Origin: an uncultured delta proteobacterium
GTDB lineage: Bacteria; Desulfobacterota; Desulfuromonadia; Geobacterales; DSM-12255
Length of the DNA stretch: 64,000 bases
Reading direction: 5' to 3'
Assembly (NCBI GenBank): GCA_963787125.1
Contig: CAWBBV010000006.1
Span: forward strand, 1 to 64,000
The position numbers and the translations under genes are program-made. Below are positions 19,347-29,132 of the stretch, in pieces. The notes beneath the pieces were generated by a model. The model had not been told where the DNA came from. It saw only the letters and a list, made by a program, of their open reading frames with translations, and made no database searches. Within the stretch, counting starts at the first letter, position 1. Each line of letters begins with the position of its first letter.

Positions 19347-20345
19347 ATGAGTGATACAAAGCTAGTAATAATTCCTTGTGGCAAGAAGAGCATTTCCAAA
19401 ATGAGGTCCGGTAAAGGGCTATTGGCTCGTGATGCATATACAGGAAATATATACAAATGGGGTGTGAGGTACGCAGATGCATGTAATGCGGACTGGGTGA
19501 TCTTCAGCCCTGAATCTGGATACATATTACCTTATACAATAATCGAAGAAGCTGCTGATTATGAAAAGCAAAAACCTCCTTTTTCTTTAGCAGAGCTGCA
19601 AGCTCAGGTAATAAACCTTAATCTGATGGATTACAAAGAAGTTATAGCTCTTGGATCTGAAATATATAGTCACGTTATCAGTCAATCATTCCTCAAGACT
19701 AAGGTCATAACTCCTTTTGTTGGATTAAGTGCGGGAAAGTATACTCAAGTGCTTAAAAATGCAGCTGAAGACGAAGTATATTCTTCATTTGAGCGTACAT
19801 ATGAAGTGGATGAGGCTAAACCTCTTGAATATGATGAAAATGATAAATTGAAGTTTCTATGGTCATACTGGAAATTACCTGTTCCAGAGAATGCATTTTC
19901 TGGGAGATTTGAAGGCCCGCAGCCAAAAAAGGATGAAGTTGAATGGGAGCATTTCAAAATCTCAGTAGCAAGAGAGTTTTGGCGTGATTCAGGACCCAAG
20001 CCTGGCGCTTGGTCTCAATTCCATGCGACAACATATCTAATAGGCAAGAAGCTGCTTATTCAGTTGTGGGATCCTATTATGTGGCTATGTGACGATGAAG
20101 GCCCAGACCCTTTTGAGGGTTATTGTGCCGGAGTAAATTTAGCCCACAATGAAGAAGGGTATTTACAGTGTTATATGCATCTTAAGGACGTTAGATGTCC
20201 GAAAGCAGAATACGAATGGGATGCTAGTTTTTGTATGCGGGAAACCGCTGAAGGCGGATATCTGTTAAGTTTGGGGAAAGTGCTTGAGCTATCTGTGCTG
20301 AATTCTAAAGAGAAAGTATCCAACCAGACAGAAGCTGCGGCCTAA
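19347..20345 (+). CDS. DUF6884-like N-terminal domain fused to an unknown C-terminal domain
   Basis: LVIIPCGKK...ARDAYTG...WVIFSPESGYI resembles DUF6884; start taken at the ATG after GAGG; AT-rich. Confidence 0.55.
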   Translation: MSDTKLVIIPCGKKSISKMRSGKGLLARDAYTGNIYKWGVRYADACNADWVIFSPESGYILPYTIIEEAADYEKQKPPFSLAELQAQVINLNLMDYKEVIALGSEIYSHVISQSFLKTKVITPFVGLSAGKYTQVLKNAAEDEVYSSFERTYEVDEAKPLEYDENDKLKFLWSYWKLPVPENAFSGRFEGPQPKKDEVEWEHFKISVAREFWRDSGPKPGAWSQFHATTYLIGKKLLIQLWDPIMWLCDDEGPDPFEGYCAGVNLAHNEEGYLQCYMHLKDVRCPKAEYEWDASFCMRETAEGGYLLSLGKVLELSVLNSKEKVSNQTEAAA

Positions 20346-20406
20346 AACCGCCGGTGTTCTGCAAAGTCGTTGCTATTGATTCTAATAGATTTCGACTAAA
20401 ACACGA

Positions 20407-20485
20407 AAGATCCAAAAACATTAATCCCAAAAAGGTTGATCCGCCTTTATCCGAATTTATCAGATTTGATCCGCGTGCTGGTTTT
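20407..20485. repeat. Palindromic repeat copy 2, right half
   Basis: TTAATCCCAAAAAGGTTGATCCGCCTTTATCCGAATTTATCAGATTTGATCCGCGTGCTGGTTTT, collinear with the right half of copy 1. Confidence 0.9.
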
Positions 20486-20515
20486 AGAGAATTCACCCCG
20501 AAAGGAGCCGAAACA

Positions 20516-22744
20516 ATGACCATCGAAACCAATGATTCCCAAGACAATCTTCTGCCCTGGTTGAAGACAAACGAACTTTTCGGGCAGTTCAGCGACGTTG
20601 TCTTGCGGGAATTTCTCGCGGAGGGGGAGTGGGCCTCCCTGCAAGCAGGCGAAACTCTCTTTCGGCAGGGCGACAGCGGCGGATTTTTCTGCATCGTCCA
20701 TTCCGGCTCCTTGCAGGTTTCCGTTACCCAAAAAAACGGGTCCGTCGATATTCTGACGACTCTTGGCCCGGGTAAGACCCTTGGTGAAATCCAGCTCCTG
20801 ATCGGCGGTACCCGCTCTGCCGATGTCTGCGCCATTGAGGAAACACGACTGCTCAAGTTCACCCGGAAAGCCTTTGATGGCCTTGCGCAGAACTCACCGG
20901 AAATACTGCACAAATTTGCAGATATAATCCGCAAAAGGCTCAGGCGCAGCCAGCTGGTCGAGATTTTGCCCCACTTGTACGGGCCACTCAATCCAGCCAT
21001 GCTCAAGTCCATTGAAGAGGCGGTTGAGTGGGTCCACGTCCCCTTTGGGCAGACTCTCTTTCGCCAGGGTGATCAGGAGTCTGACTTATATCTGCTCGTC
21101 AGCGGCCGTCTGCAGGTATGCATTCCTGACAAGATCGGTGGTGAACGGAAAGTAGCTGAAATAAAAAGAGGCGAGATCGTCGGCGAAATGGCCATGTTCA
21201 CCGGCGATAAGCGGACTGCAACTATTTATGCAATGCGTGACAGTGATCTGGTGCGCATTTCCCGGCAGGCATTCGAACGGATCATCGCCGCGCATCCCAA
21301 CATCATGATGTATTTCATCCAGTTCATTGTCAAACGGATGCAGGATATGTCCGCGGTAGCGCAGCGGCATGAAAAGAGTTTGAGCATCGCCGTTGTCCCT
21401 GGCAGCAGTGACGTCCCCCTGACAGATTTTACCAGGCGTCTGGTGGAATCATTGGCTCTGAACGGAAAAACCCTGCATCTCAGCAGCGCAAGCGTGGATC
21501 GTCACTGGGGTATCAGCGGTCTGGCCCAGGAGTCCGGCACCGACCCCAACAGCATCAGGTTGAACGCCTGGCTGGATGAGCAGGAAAGCAGCTTTACCAA
21601 CATCGTCTACGAAGCGGATCCGGCCGACACCTCCTGGACGAAGCGCTGCCTGCAGTATGCCGACCGCAGCATGATTATTGCCCGGGCAAACGCGGACCCA
21701 AAGCCGGGAGCACTGGAAACAACCCTCTTTGCTGCTGACAGCGGCGTCAACAGATTTCACCGTATCCTGGTACTTATCCACCCTGACAGTTGCAAACTCC
21801 CGACCGGAACCAGCCAGTGGCTGCGGGAGCGGCAGGTTGAGAGCCATTATCACGTTCGCCAGGGGAGTGATGCTGACATGCAACGCCTGGGGCGCATCCT
21901 GACCGGCAATGCCGTCGGCCTGGTGCTGGGAGGGGGCGGCGCACGCGGCTTTGCCCACATCGGCATCATTCGGGCTCTCAATGAGGCGGGCATCCCGATT
22001 GATATGGTCGGCGGGACCAGCATGGGGTCCATGATCGCCTCCATGTATGCCATGGGAATGGATAATCAAACCATGATTGCTGCCCAGAAGGAATTCATCA
22101 CCCATAAACCCTTTAACGAATTTTCTCTCCCCTTCATTGCCATGGTCCGGAGCAAACGCCTGGACAACATCATGGTGGACCTCTACAAAGAGGTAACCAT
22201 CGAAGACATGTGGCTGAACTTTTTCTGTATCTCCAGCAATCTGACTACCGCCGAAATGAATGTTCATCGGAAAGGAAGTCTCTGGAGAGCGGTCAGGGCA
22301 AGCACTGCACTCCCCGGAATTGTAACTCCGGTGATCGAGGACAACTGTCTGCTGGTTGATGGCGGCCTCTTCAACAATGTCCCGGCTGATATCATGAAGG
22401 GGATCTGCGGCGGTAATGTCATTATGGTCAACGTCAGCCCTGAGGAAGATCTGCTCATCTCCGACCAGTTCAAGAAAACCCCTTCTGACATGGAGGTTCT
22501 CTGGAGTCACCTCAACCCCTTCAAGGAGAAAATTACCTTTCCGCGCATTCAGGACATCATGATGCGCACTATCATGGTCGGCAGTGAACGGATGAAAAAT
22601 CAGACCAGCAAATCGGCGGATTACATCTTCTCTCCCAATCTTGACCGTTTTGGGTTACTTGGGTTTGAAGCTATTGACGATATTGTTGCAGCCGGTTACA
22701 GCTATGGGAAAGAGCGGATTAAAGAACTGCAGATGAAGGGGTAG
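20516..22744 (+). CDS. Tandem cNMP-binding domain patatin phospholipase (NTE-like)
   Basis: Two phosphate-binding cassettes (GEIQLL..TRSA, GEMAMF..KRTA); patatin GGGARG, GTSMG and DGG; start taken at the ATG after AAGGAG. Confidence 0.92.
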   Translation: MTIETNDSQDNLLPWLKTNELFGQFSDVVLREFLAEGEWASLQAGETLFRQGDSGGFFCIVHSGSLQVSVTQKNGSVDILTTLGPGKTLGEIQLLIGGTRSADVCAIEETRLLKFTRKAFDGLAQNSPEILHKFADIIRKRLRRSQLVEILPHLYGPLNPAMLKSIEEAVEWVHVPFGQTLFRQGDQESDLYLLVSGRLQVCIPDKIGGERKVAEIKRGEIVGEMAMFTGDKRTATIYAMRDSDLVRISRQAFERIIAAHPNIMMYFIQFIVKRMQDMSAVAQRHEKSLSIAVVPGSSDVPLTDFTRRLVESLALNGKTLHLSSASVDRHWGISGLAQESGTDPNSIRLNAWLDEQESSFTNIVYEADPADTSWTKRCLQYADRSMIIARANADPKPGALETTLFAADSGVNRFHRILVLIHPDSCKLPTGTSQWLRERQVESHYHVRQGSDADMQRLGRILTGNAVGLVLGGGGARGFAHIGIIRALNEAGIPIDMVGGTSMGSMIASMYAMGMDNQTMIAAQKEFITHKPFNEFSLPFIAMVRSKRLDNIMVDLYKEVTIEDMWLNFFCISSNLTTAEMNVHRKGSLWRAVRASTALPGIVTPVIEDNCLLVDGGLFNNVPADIMKGICGGNVIMVNVSPEEDLLISDQFKKTPSDMEVLWSHLNPFKEKITFPRIQDIMMRTIMVGSERMKNQTSKSADYIFSPNLDRFGLLGFEAIDDIVAAGYSYGKERIKELQMKG

Positions 22745-22748
22745 TAAT

Positions 22749-23522
22749 ATGAAAATCCGCTTTATTGGCGTCGGCTCGCAATTCTCGAGTCAGGAGCTGT
22801 ATCAGTCGAACATGGTCATTACCGCAGCCAGCGGCAAGCGGCTGCTCATCGATTGCGGCGGCGACGCGCGCTACTCTCTGACAGAATGCGGTTTGCGACC
22901 ACAAGACCTGGATGCCGTCTATATTTCCCACCTGCATGCGGACCATATCGGCGGCCTGGAGTGGCTGGCGCTCAGCACGTACTTTGCCAGTGAACCCCAG
23001 CGCCTGACTCTGTTCGGCGAAGAAAACCTGCTGGGTAGACTCTGGCACAACTCGCTGAAAGGTGGGCTCGAATGCCTGCGCACAAAACGTATGACGCTTT
23101 CGGACTATTTCGACTGTTATGCCGTGGCAGATGGAAATCAGTTTCAATGGGAAGGAATCCACTTTACCCTGATAAAAATGCTGCATATTGTCGGCACTGA
23201 CTGCAAGCATAACAGCTATGGACTGCTCATCGAACCTGCCATACCAGGCGGCCAATCGGTCTTCATCTCCACTGACGCGATTTTTCAGCCGGAACTACTA
23301 CAAAAACGCGCTGCAAAGGCTGATCTGATATTTCATGACTGTGAAACGAGTCCTTATAAAACCGGAGTCCATGCCCATTATGACGAACTTTGCACTCTGC
23401 CGGCGGCGATGAGAAAGAAGATCTGGCTGTATCATTATCAGGCGAACCATGACTACCAGCCCCATGCGGACGGCTTCCAGGGTTTTGTCGCCAAGGGCCA
23501 GGAGTTTTCGTTCAAGGAGTGA
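22749..23522 (+). CDS. Metallo-beta-lactamase-fold hydrolase, Apyc1-like cyclic nucleotide phosphodiesterase
   Basis: IDCG, HLHADHIGGLE, LWHNSLKGGL, IFHDC, VHAHYDELCTLP, IWLYHY. Confidence 0.8.
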   Translation: MKIRFIGVGSQFSSQELYQSNMVITAASGKRLLIDCGGDARYSLTECGLRPQDLDAVYISHLHADHIGGLEWLALSTYFASEPQRLTLFGEENLLGRLWHNSLKGGLECLRTKRMTLSDYFDCYAVADGNQFQWEGIHFTLIKMLHIVGTDCKHNSYGLLIEPAIPGGQSVFISTDAIFQPELLQKRAAKADLIFHDCETSPYKTGVHAHYDELCTLPAAMRKKIWLYHYQANHDYQPHADGFQGFVAKGQEFSFKE

Positions 23523-23540
23523 CATGGGTGTCCATTCAAG

Positions 23541-23703
23541 GTCAAAACCGTTTCACGCGGATAACTTTGGATACAATCTGATAAAAATCTGATTAAGAAT
23601 CTAAACCAAAGATAGTACTGGAAAATCAAGAGCAAAAAGACATTAATCCGAAAATGATTTGATCCGCCTTTATCCGAAGTTATCAGATTTTATCCGCGTG
23701 AAA
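23541..23703. repeat. Palindromic repeat copy 3 (intact)
   Basis: TTTCACGCGGATAACTTTGGATACAATCTGAT...TTATCCGAAGTTATCAGATTTTATCCGCGTGAAA. Confidence 0.9.
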
Positions 23704-23753
23704 TAGCCTTTGATTTTTCTGTGATTCCGGCTCGTCGGATTAGGGGGTAGTAC

Positions 23754-26700
23754 ATGAAAAACATGGAGCCAGCCGCTCCTCTTCCCGGTGCTTTCACCCG
23801 CCTCAATCTTGCCCAGGCCTGCGGCGCACTGAACGACAACCTGGTGAAGCTGCTGCTGGTCTTCTACCTGGTGAGCCGCTCCAGCTCCGGCCAGGCCGGC
23901 ACCATTGCCGCCATAGGCAGCGGGCTGTTCATCCTTCCATTCCTCCTCTTTTCCGCCCTGGCCGGTTCCCTGGCGGACCGGTTCCCAAAGCAGCATATCG
24001 TTGTCGCGGTAAAAAGCCTTGAGATCGGCATTACCGTTCTTGCCGTTCTTGCCGTTGCATTCGACAGCCCGGTTAGCATCTATACCGTCATATTTCTGCT
24101 CGGCAGCCACAGCGCGCTGTTCGCCCCGGCTAAATACGGCGTGGTCCCGGAACTGGTGGCACGCGATCAGCTCTCCCGCGCCAACAGCCTCCTGGAGATG
24201 GCCTCCTATCTTGGCATCATCGGCGGCACAGCGCTGGCGCCGATAATGCTGTACTTATCCGGTGGTCACTACACTCTTACGCTGTCTGCAGGCATTGTCA
24301 TAGCACTGGCCGGCCTGGCTTTTGCCCGCGCCGTGCCGCTGACTCCAGTTGCCGATGCCGTCCGTCCGCTTGCCTGGCATCCCGGGGTTTACTGGCAAAC
24401 CCTCAGAGGGTTGCGCAGCGATGGCTACCTGCTCCTGGCCATCATCGGCGCCGCCTACTTCCTCTTCATCGCCGCCTTTTGCCAGCTGAACCTGTTACCC
24501 TATGGCATGCGCTATCTGGGACTGTCCGAAGTGGGAAGCGGCTATCTCTTCTTTGCCGCAGCTGTAGGCATCGGCGCCGGATCGCTCCTGGCCGGCCATC
24601 TCTCCGGCCGGGATGTGGAATTCGGCATAGTACCCGTCGGCGCCATCGGCCTGACAACGGCTGCCTTTCTTCTCAATGCAGCACCCGCCAGCCTGTACAT
24701 AATTCTCCCGCTGATCACCCTCTTCGGAGTCAGCGCCGGCCTGTTCATTGTACCGCTGCAGGCATTCATCCAGCTCCGGGCACCGGCCGGCCACCGAGGA
24801 GCGATCCTGGCGACTGCTTCGTTCCTCAGCTGGGTCGGGGTGCTGCTCGCCTCGGGCCTGCTCTGGCTGCTATCCGGACCGCTGGGAGTATCTCCCGGCA
24901 GTGCGTTCTCAATCCTGGGGATTATTACCCTCATTCTCTCCCTGATAACCCTTTGGATTCTCCCCGATTTCCTGCTCCGCTTCATTGCCCTGTTTACCAT
25001 GCGTTTCCTCTATCGCCTGGAGATAATCGGTGACCAGCGGGTTCCGCTCGAAGGAGGGGCACTACTTGTGGCCAATCACGTCTCCTGGATGGACGCGCTG
25101 CTGCTCCTTGCTACCCAGCAGAGGCGCATCCGCTTCGTCATGGAAAAAGAGATTTATGATACGCCGCTCCTCAAACAGCTCTGCAAACTTATGCAGGTGA
25201 TCCCGGTATCCGCCAAAGGGCGAAAGAAGGAGCTGCTGGAGTTTATCACCACTTCCCGCCGGGCACTTGAGGACGGCTACCTGGTCTGCATCTTCGCCGA
25301 AGGGGAGGTTACCCGTAACGGCATGCTCAACCGCTTCAAAGGGGGCTTCGAGCGGATTGTCAAGGGGACGGATATCCCGGTGATTCCGGTGTATATCGGC
25401 GGCGCCTGGGGGAGCATTTTTTCCTATTCCCATGGCAAGCTCCTCTCCCGTTTCCCCACCCTCCCCCCTATCGGGTAACGGTCCTCTTCGGCGACTCCCT
25501 GCCGGCAACATGCTCGGCCCACGATGCCCGCCGCGCGGTGATGGAGCTCTCCAGCAAATGGTTCGACGCCCGCAAACCACGGCGCCGCCCCCTGGGTGAG
25601 CTGTTCGCCAAAACGGCCCGGGAGAACTGGGGGCGTTTTGCCATGAGCGACACCACCGGCAAGGAATTAACCTATGGCAAGGCTCTGATTGGTGCCGTGG
25701 CCCTGGCGCGCAAGCTTAAATTGCTGACTGCTGGTGAGGAAATGGTCGGCGTCTGCCTGCCGACGACGGTCGGCGGCGCCCTGGTGAATATTGCCCTGAC
25801 CATGAACGGCACCGTACCGGTTAACCTGAACTACACCGCTTCGGCCGAGGGGATCCGCTCGGCTGTCGATCAGTGCGGCATCACCACGGTTATCACCTCC
25901 CGCGCCTTTCTGGAGAAGCTCGGCACTCTGCCCGAATTCCCCATCACCCTCTACGCGGAGGATCTGTTAGGGAACCTGACCGCCGCCGAAAAGCGCTGCG
26001 CTTTCCTTGTTGCCCGCTTCCTGCCACTCTCCCGGTTTGCCTGTCCGACCGGCTTTACTGCCGACCGCCTCGCCACGGTCATCTTCTCCTCCGGCAGCAC
26101 CGGAGAGCCCAAGGGGGTCATGCTCTCCCACCATAACATCACCTCCAATCTGGAGGCGCTGCGCATGGTCTTCCGCATAACCCGGCGGGATAATCTCTGC
26201 TCTGCCCTGCCGTTCTTCCATTCACTCGGCTTTACCGGCACGCTCTGGTTGCCACTGGTATCAGGCTTCTCCGCTTCCTATCATACCAACCCGCTGGATG
26301 GCGAGACGATTGCCACTGTGGTACGAGAGCGACAATCGACCCTGTTGTTCGCCACCCCCACCTTCCTGCTGGCCTATCTGCGTCGGGCAAAGGCCGAAGA
26401 TTTCCGGTCATTGAGGCTTGTAATGACCGGTGCCGAGAAGCTGAAAACCAAGTTGGCTGACACCTACCAAGAACGGTTCGGCATCCGCCCAATGGAAGGG
26501 TATGGTGCCACCGAACTGTCGCCGCTGATCTCCCTGTCGGTTCCTGATGTTGAGATCGACGGTGTACGCCAGACCGGATCCGTTGAGGGGAGCGTCGGGC
26601 TGCCGATACCCGGAGTGGTCGTGAAGGTTGTCGATCCCGAGAGCGGTGCAGCCCTGCCGGAGGGGCAGAGCGGCCTGATCATGGTGAAGGGGCCGAATCT

Positions 26701-27145
26701 CATGACCGGCTACCTCGGTAATCCGGAGAAGACCGCTGCAGTCATCAGAGCCGGCTGGTATGACACGGGCGACATCGGCCACCTCGATGAACTGGGGTTC
26801 CTGCACATTACCGACCGTCTTGCCCGCTTCAGCAAGATTGCCGGCGAGATGGTTCCTCACGGGGCGGTAGAGGATGCCCTCCACGCCGCGCTTGGCGCAA
26901 CCGGCCTGGTGGCGGTCACCGGTGTGCCTGACGAGAAGCGGGGGGAAAAGCTGGCGGTGGTTTTTGCCAGGGAAGCAGGTGACGCCGCTACGCTGCACAT
27001 GCTGATGGCCGCAGCCGACCTCCCCAACCTCTGGAAGCCGGGGCGTGACTGCTACGTGGCGGTTGACGCCCTGCCAATCCTCGGCACCGGCAAGCTGGAC
27101 TTGAAGGCGGTGAGAGAAACGGCGCTCAACGGGTTGCCGTCATGA
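23754..27145 (+). pseudogene. aas: LplT(MFS)-acyltransferase-acyl-ACP synthetase fusion, split into 23754..25478 and 25538..27145 by a 1-nt frameshift in a C6 run
   Basis: MFS LADRF/PAKYG; PlsC NHVSWMD and FAEG; AMP-binding FSSGSTGEPKG and EGYGATE. One extra C at 25463-25468 gives LPPYRVTVLFGD... and joins the two ORFs. Confidence 0.8.
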
Positions 27146-27183
27146 TCGCTAGAATAGTCATACCAAATCAGAATTTGATCACA

Positions 27184-27211
27184 TTGACAAAATCCTCAAA
27201 TGTGATAGAAC
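27184..27211 (+). promoter_or_regulatory. Possible sigma70 promoter
   Basis: TTGACA-N16-TAGAAC with an extended -10 TG, upstream of 27289. Confidence 0.3.
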
Positions 27212-27288
27212 ATTCTGAAGATATTGTTAATATCACCTCTTTAGAGAGAATAATTCTGTATTAAACCAAACGAATCAAAGGAGAAAAA

Positions 27289-27780
27289 ATGAAAAAAATT
27301 GTTGCGGTAGCAATGCTGGCCGGTTCCCTGTTACTGAATGTCGGTGTCCTGTGCGCGGAAGGGCCGACGAAAGAGGCTGCTGTTGATCAGGAAATCAAGC
27401 TGCTCAGGCAGGATCTGCGGGCTGATAAAAAGAAGATAGTTGCTGCCAACCTGCAACTTACCGAGACGGAAGCGGTTAAGTTCTGGCCGGTTTACGATGC
27501 TTACACCCTGGAAACCATCAAATTGAACGACACTCTCCAGGCGCTGGTCAAGGAGTATGCCCAGAATTACGAGAGTCTGACCGACGAGAAAGCAAAAAGC
27601 CTGACCAAAAGAATGCTCGACCTGGATGATGGCGCCACCAAGCTGCGGCTCAAATATATGCCGCTTTTCACCAAAGTGATACCGGCCAAAAAAACTGCCA
27701 GATTCATGCAGATTGACCGCCGCCTGGGTCTGCTGGTAAACATTCAACTTGCTGCCGGTCTGCCGTTGGTTCAACCTTAA
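27289..27780 (+). CDS. Periplasmic helical protein
   Basis: Signal peptide; LxLTxxEAxKFWPVYDAY motif; AAGGAG SD. Confidence 0.7.
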   Translation: MKKIVAVAMLAGSLLLNVGVLCAEGPTKEAAVDQEIKLLRQDLRADKKKIVAANLQLTETEAVKFWPVYDAYTLETIKLNDTLQALVKEYAQNYESLTDEKAKSLTKRMLDLDDGATKLRLKYMPLFTKVIPAKKTARFMQIDRRLGLLVNIQLAAGLPLVQP

Positions 27781-27833
27781 GACACACAAGCAACCTTTAG
27801 AACATCTTACCACACCACTAAGGAGGCATCAGT

Positions 27834-29132
27834 ATGAAGCAGATCAAACTATTGTTAATGATTGCCCTGGTCCTTGTGCCTGCACTCTGCCAGGCAGAAG
27901 CCAAAGGCTACGGGTACCCGTTCCCCGGCCCATATGCAGCAACGATCCTGGGGACTCCTCCCCAAATGAAACCGGAACTCACCAAGGATGTTCGTTCCAA
28001 GGAACTCGTACTTGAACTCATCCCCGGGCTGAAAAAATCGGATGTCTTTTACTACGACAACGGTCTGCGCTGTACCTTTGCCTACCAGGATAAAAAAGCG
28101 CCGCTGATCTTTCTGATCGCCGGCACCGGCTCCAATCACAAATCCGCCAAACTGGAAACATTGATGAAATCCTTCTACCAGTCAGGATTTCATGTCATCA
28201 CCATGGCATCGCCGACCCACTCCAATTTCATCATCAATGCTTCTCACAGCCATATCCCCGGTGATCTGACCGAGGACGCGGCCGATCTCTACTGGGCCAT
28301 GGAAAGCGCCTGGAACAAGGTAAAGGAAGATGTGCAGGTCTCCGACTTTTACGTGGGAGGTTACAGCCTCGGCGGGACTCAAGCCGCCTTTGTCGCCAAG
28401 CTTGACGAGGAGCGCAAGAGCTTTAACTTCAAAAAAGTGCTGATGCTAAATCCGGCGGTCAACCTGTATGACTCGGTCTCGCGCATCGAGGGGACACTGG
28501 ATAAGATTCCGGGAGGCCCCAAGAAGCTCAATGCCTTTTTCAACAGCGTGATGGCCAAGTTCGTCGAAATATATAGAGAGGGGGATTACGTCGAATTCAA
28601 TGGCGAGTTTCTCTATGGGGTTTACAAATCCGGCAAGCTTACAGCGGAAGAAGGTGGCGGGATCATCGGAACCGCTTTCCGGGTAGCCTCGGGGAGCATG
28701 ATTTTCACCTCTGACGTCATGACCAATGGCGGCTACATTGTGCCGAAGAATCGGGTCCTGAGCTCCACCGATTCCTTGAGGGAATACATGCGGGTTGCCA
28801 ACCACCTCAGCTTCCTTGACTATTTCAACGAGTATTTCTACCCTTACTTCGAGAAAAAACGACCGGGGCTGACCAAAGAAGCGCTGATCCATTCATTAGG
28901 GTTGAAAAGCATTGAAGGCTACCTGAAAGGCAACCAAAAGTTCAATGTCATGACCAACGCGAACGACTTCATCCTGAACGATGCTGATCGGGATTATCTC
29001 AAGCACCTGTTTGGCGAGCGGACCATCATCTACCCGGTCGGCGGCCACCTGGGAAATCTCGAATACGTTGAGAACATAAAACAGATGCAAGATATTACCG
29101 GTATATTCAATACAGAAGGGGGTACAAAATAA
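27834..29132 (+). CDS. Secreted alpha/beta hydrolase (lipase-like)
   Basis: Signal peptide; nucleophile elbow GYSLG; NDFIL; GGHLGN. Confidence 0.8.
   Translation: MKQIKLLLMIALVLVPALCQAEAKGYGYPFPGPYAATILGTPPQMKPELTKDVRSKELVLELIPGLKKSDVFYYDNGLRCTFAYQDKKAPLIFLIAGTGSNHKSAKLETLMKSFYQSGFHVITMASPTHSNFIINASHSHIPGDLTEDAADLYWAMESAWNKVKEDVQVSDFYVGGYSLGGTQAAFVAKLDEERKSFNFKKVLMLNPAVNLYDSVSRIEGTLDKIPGGPKKLNAFFNSVMAKFVEIYREGDYVEFNGEFLYGVYKSGKLTAEEGGGIIGTAFRVASGSMIFTSDVMTNGGYIVPKNRVLSSTDSLREYMRVANHLSFLDYFNEYFYPYFEKKRPGLTKEALIHSLGLKSIEGYLKGNQKFNVMTNANDFILNDADRDYLKHLFGERTIIYPVGGHLGNLEYVENIKQMQDITGIFNTEGGTK

Noticed and set aside
20354..20515. N-terminal extension of the patatin ORF in the track
   Set aside because: It is translated repeat sequence; the AAGGAG SD supports ATG 20516.
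18136..23703. Repeats as integron attC sites
   Set aside because: The ends have AAC/GTT but not RYYYAAC/GTTRRRY, no integrase is in the window, and the cargo lies inside the loop rather than between sites.
27174..27189. CRP-like box TTTGA-N6-TGACA
   Set aside because: Two mismatches in an AT-rich region and no CRP gene in the window; could be chance.
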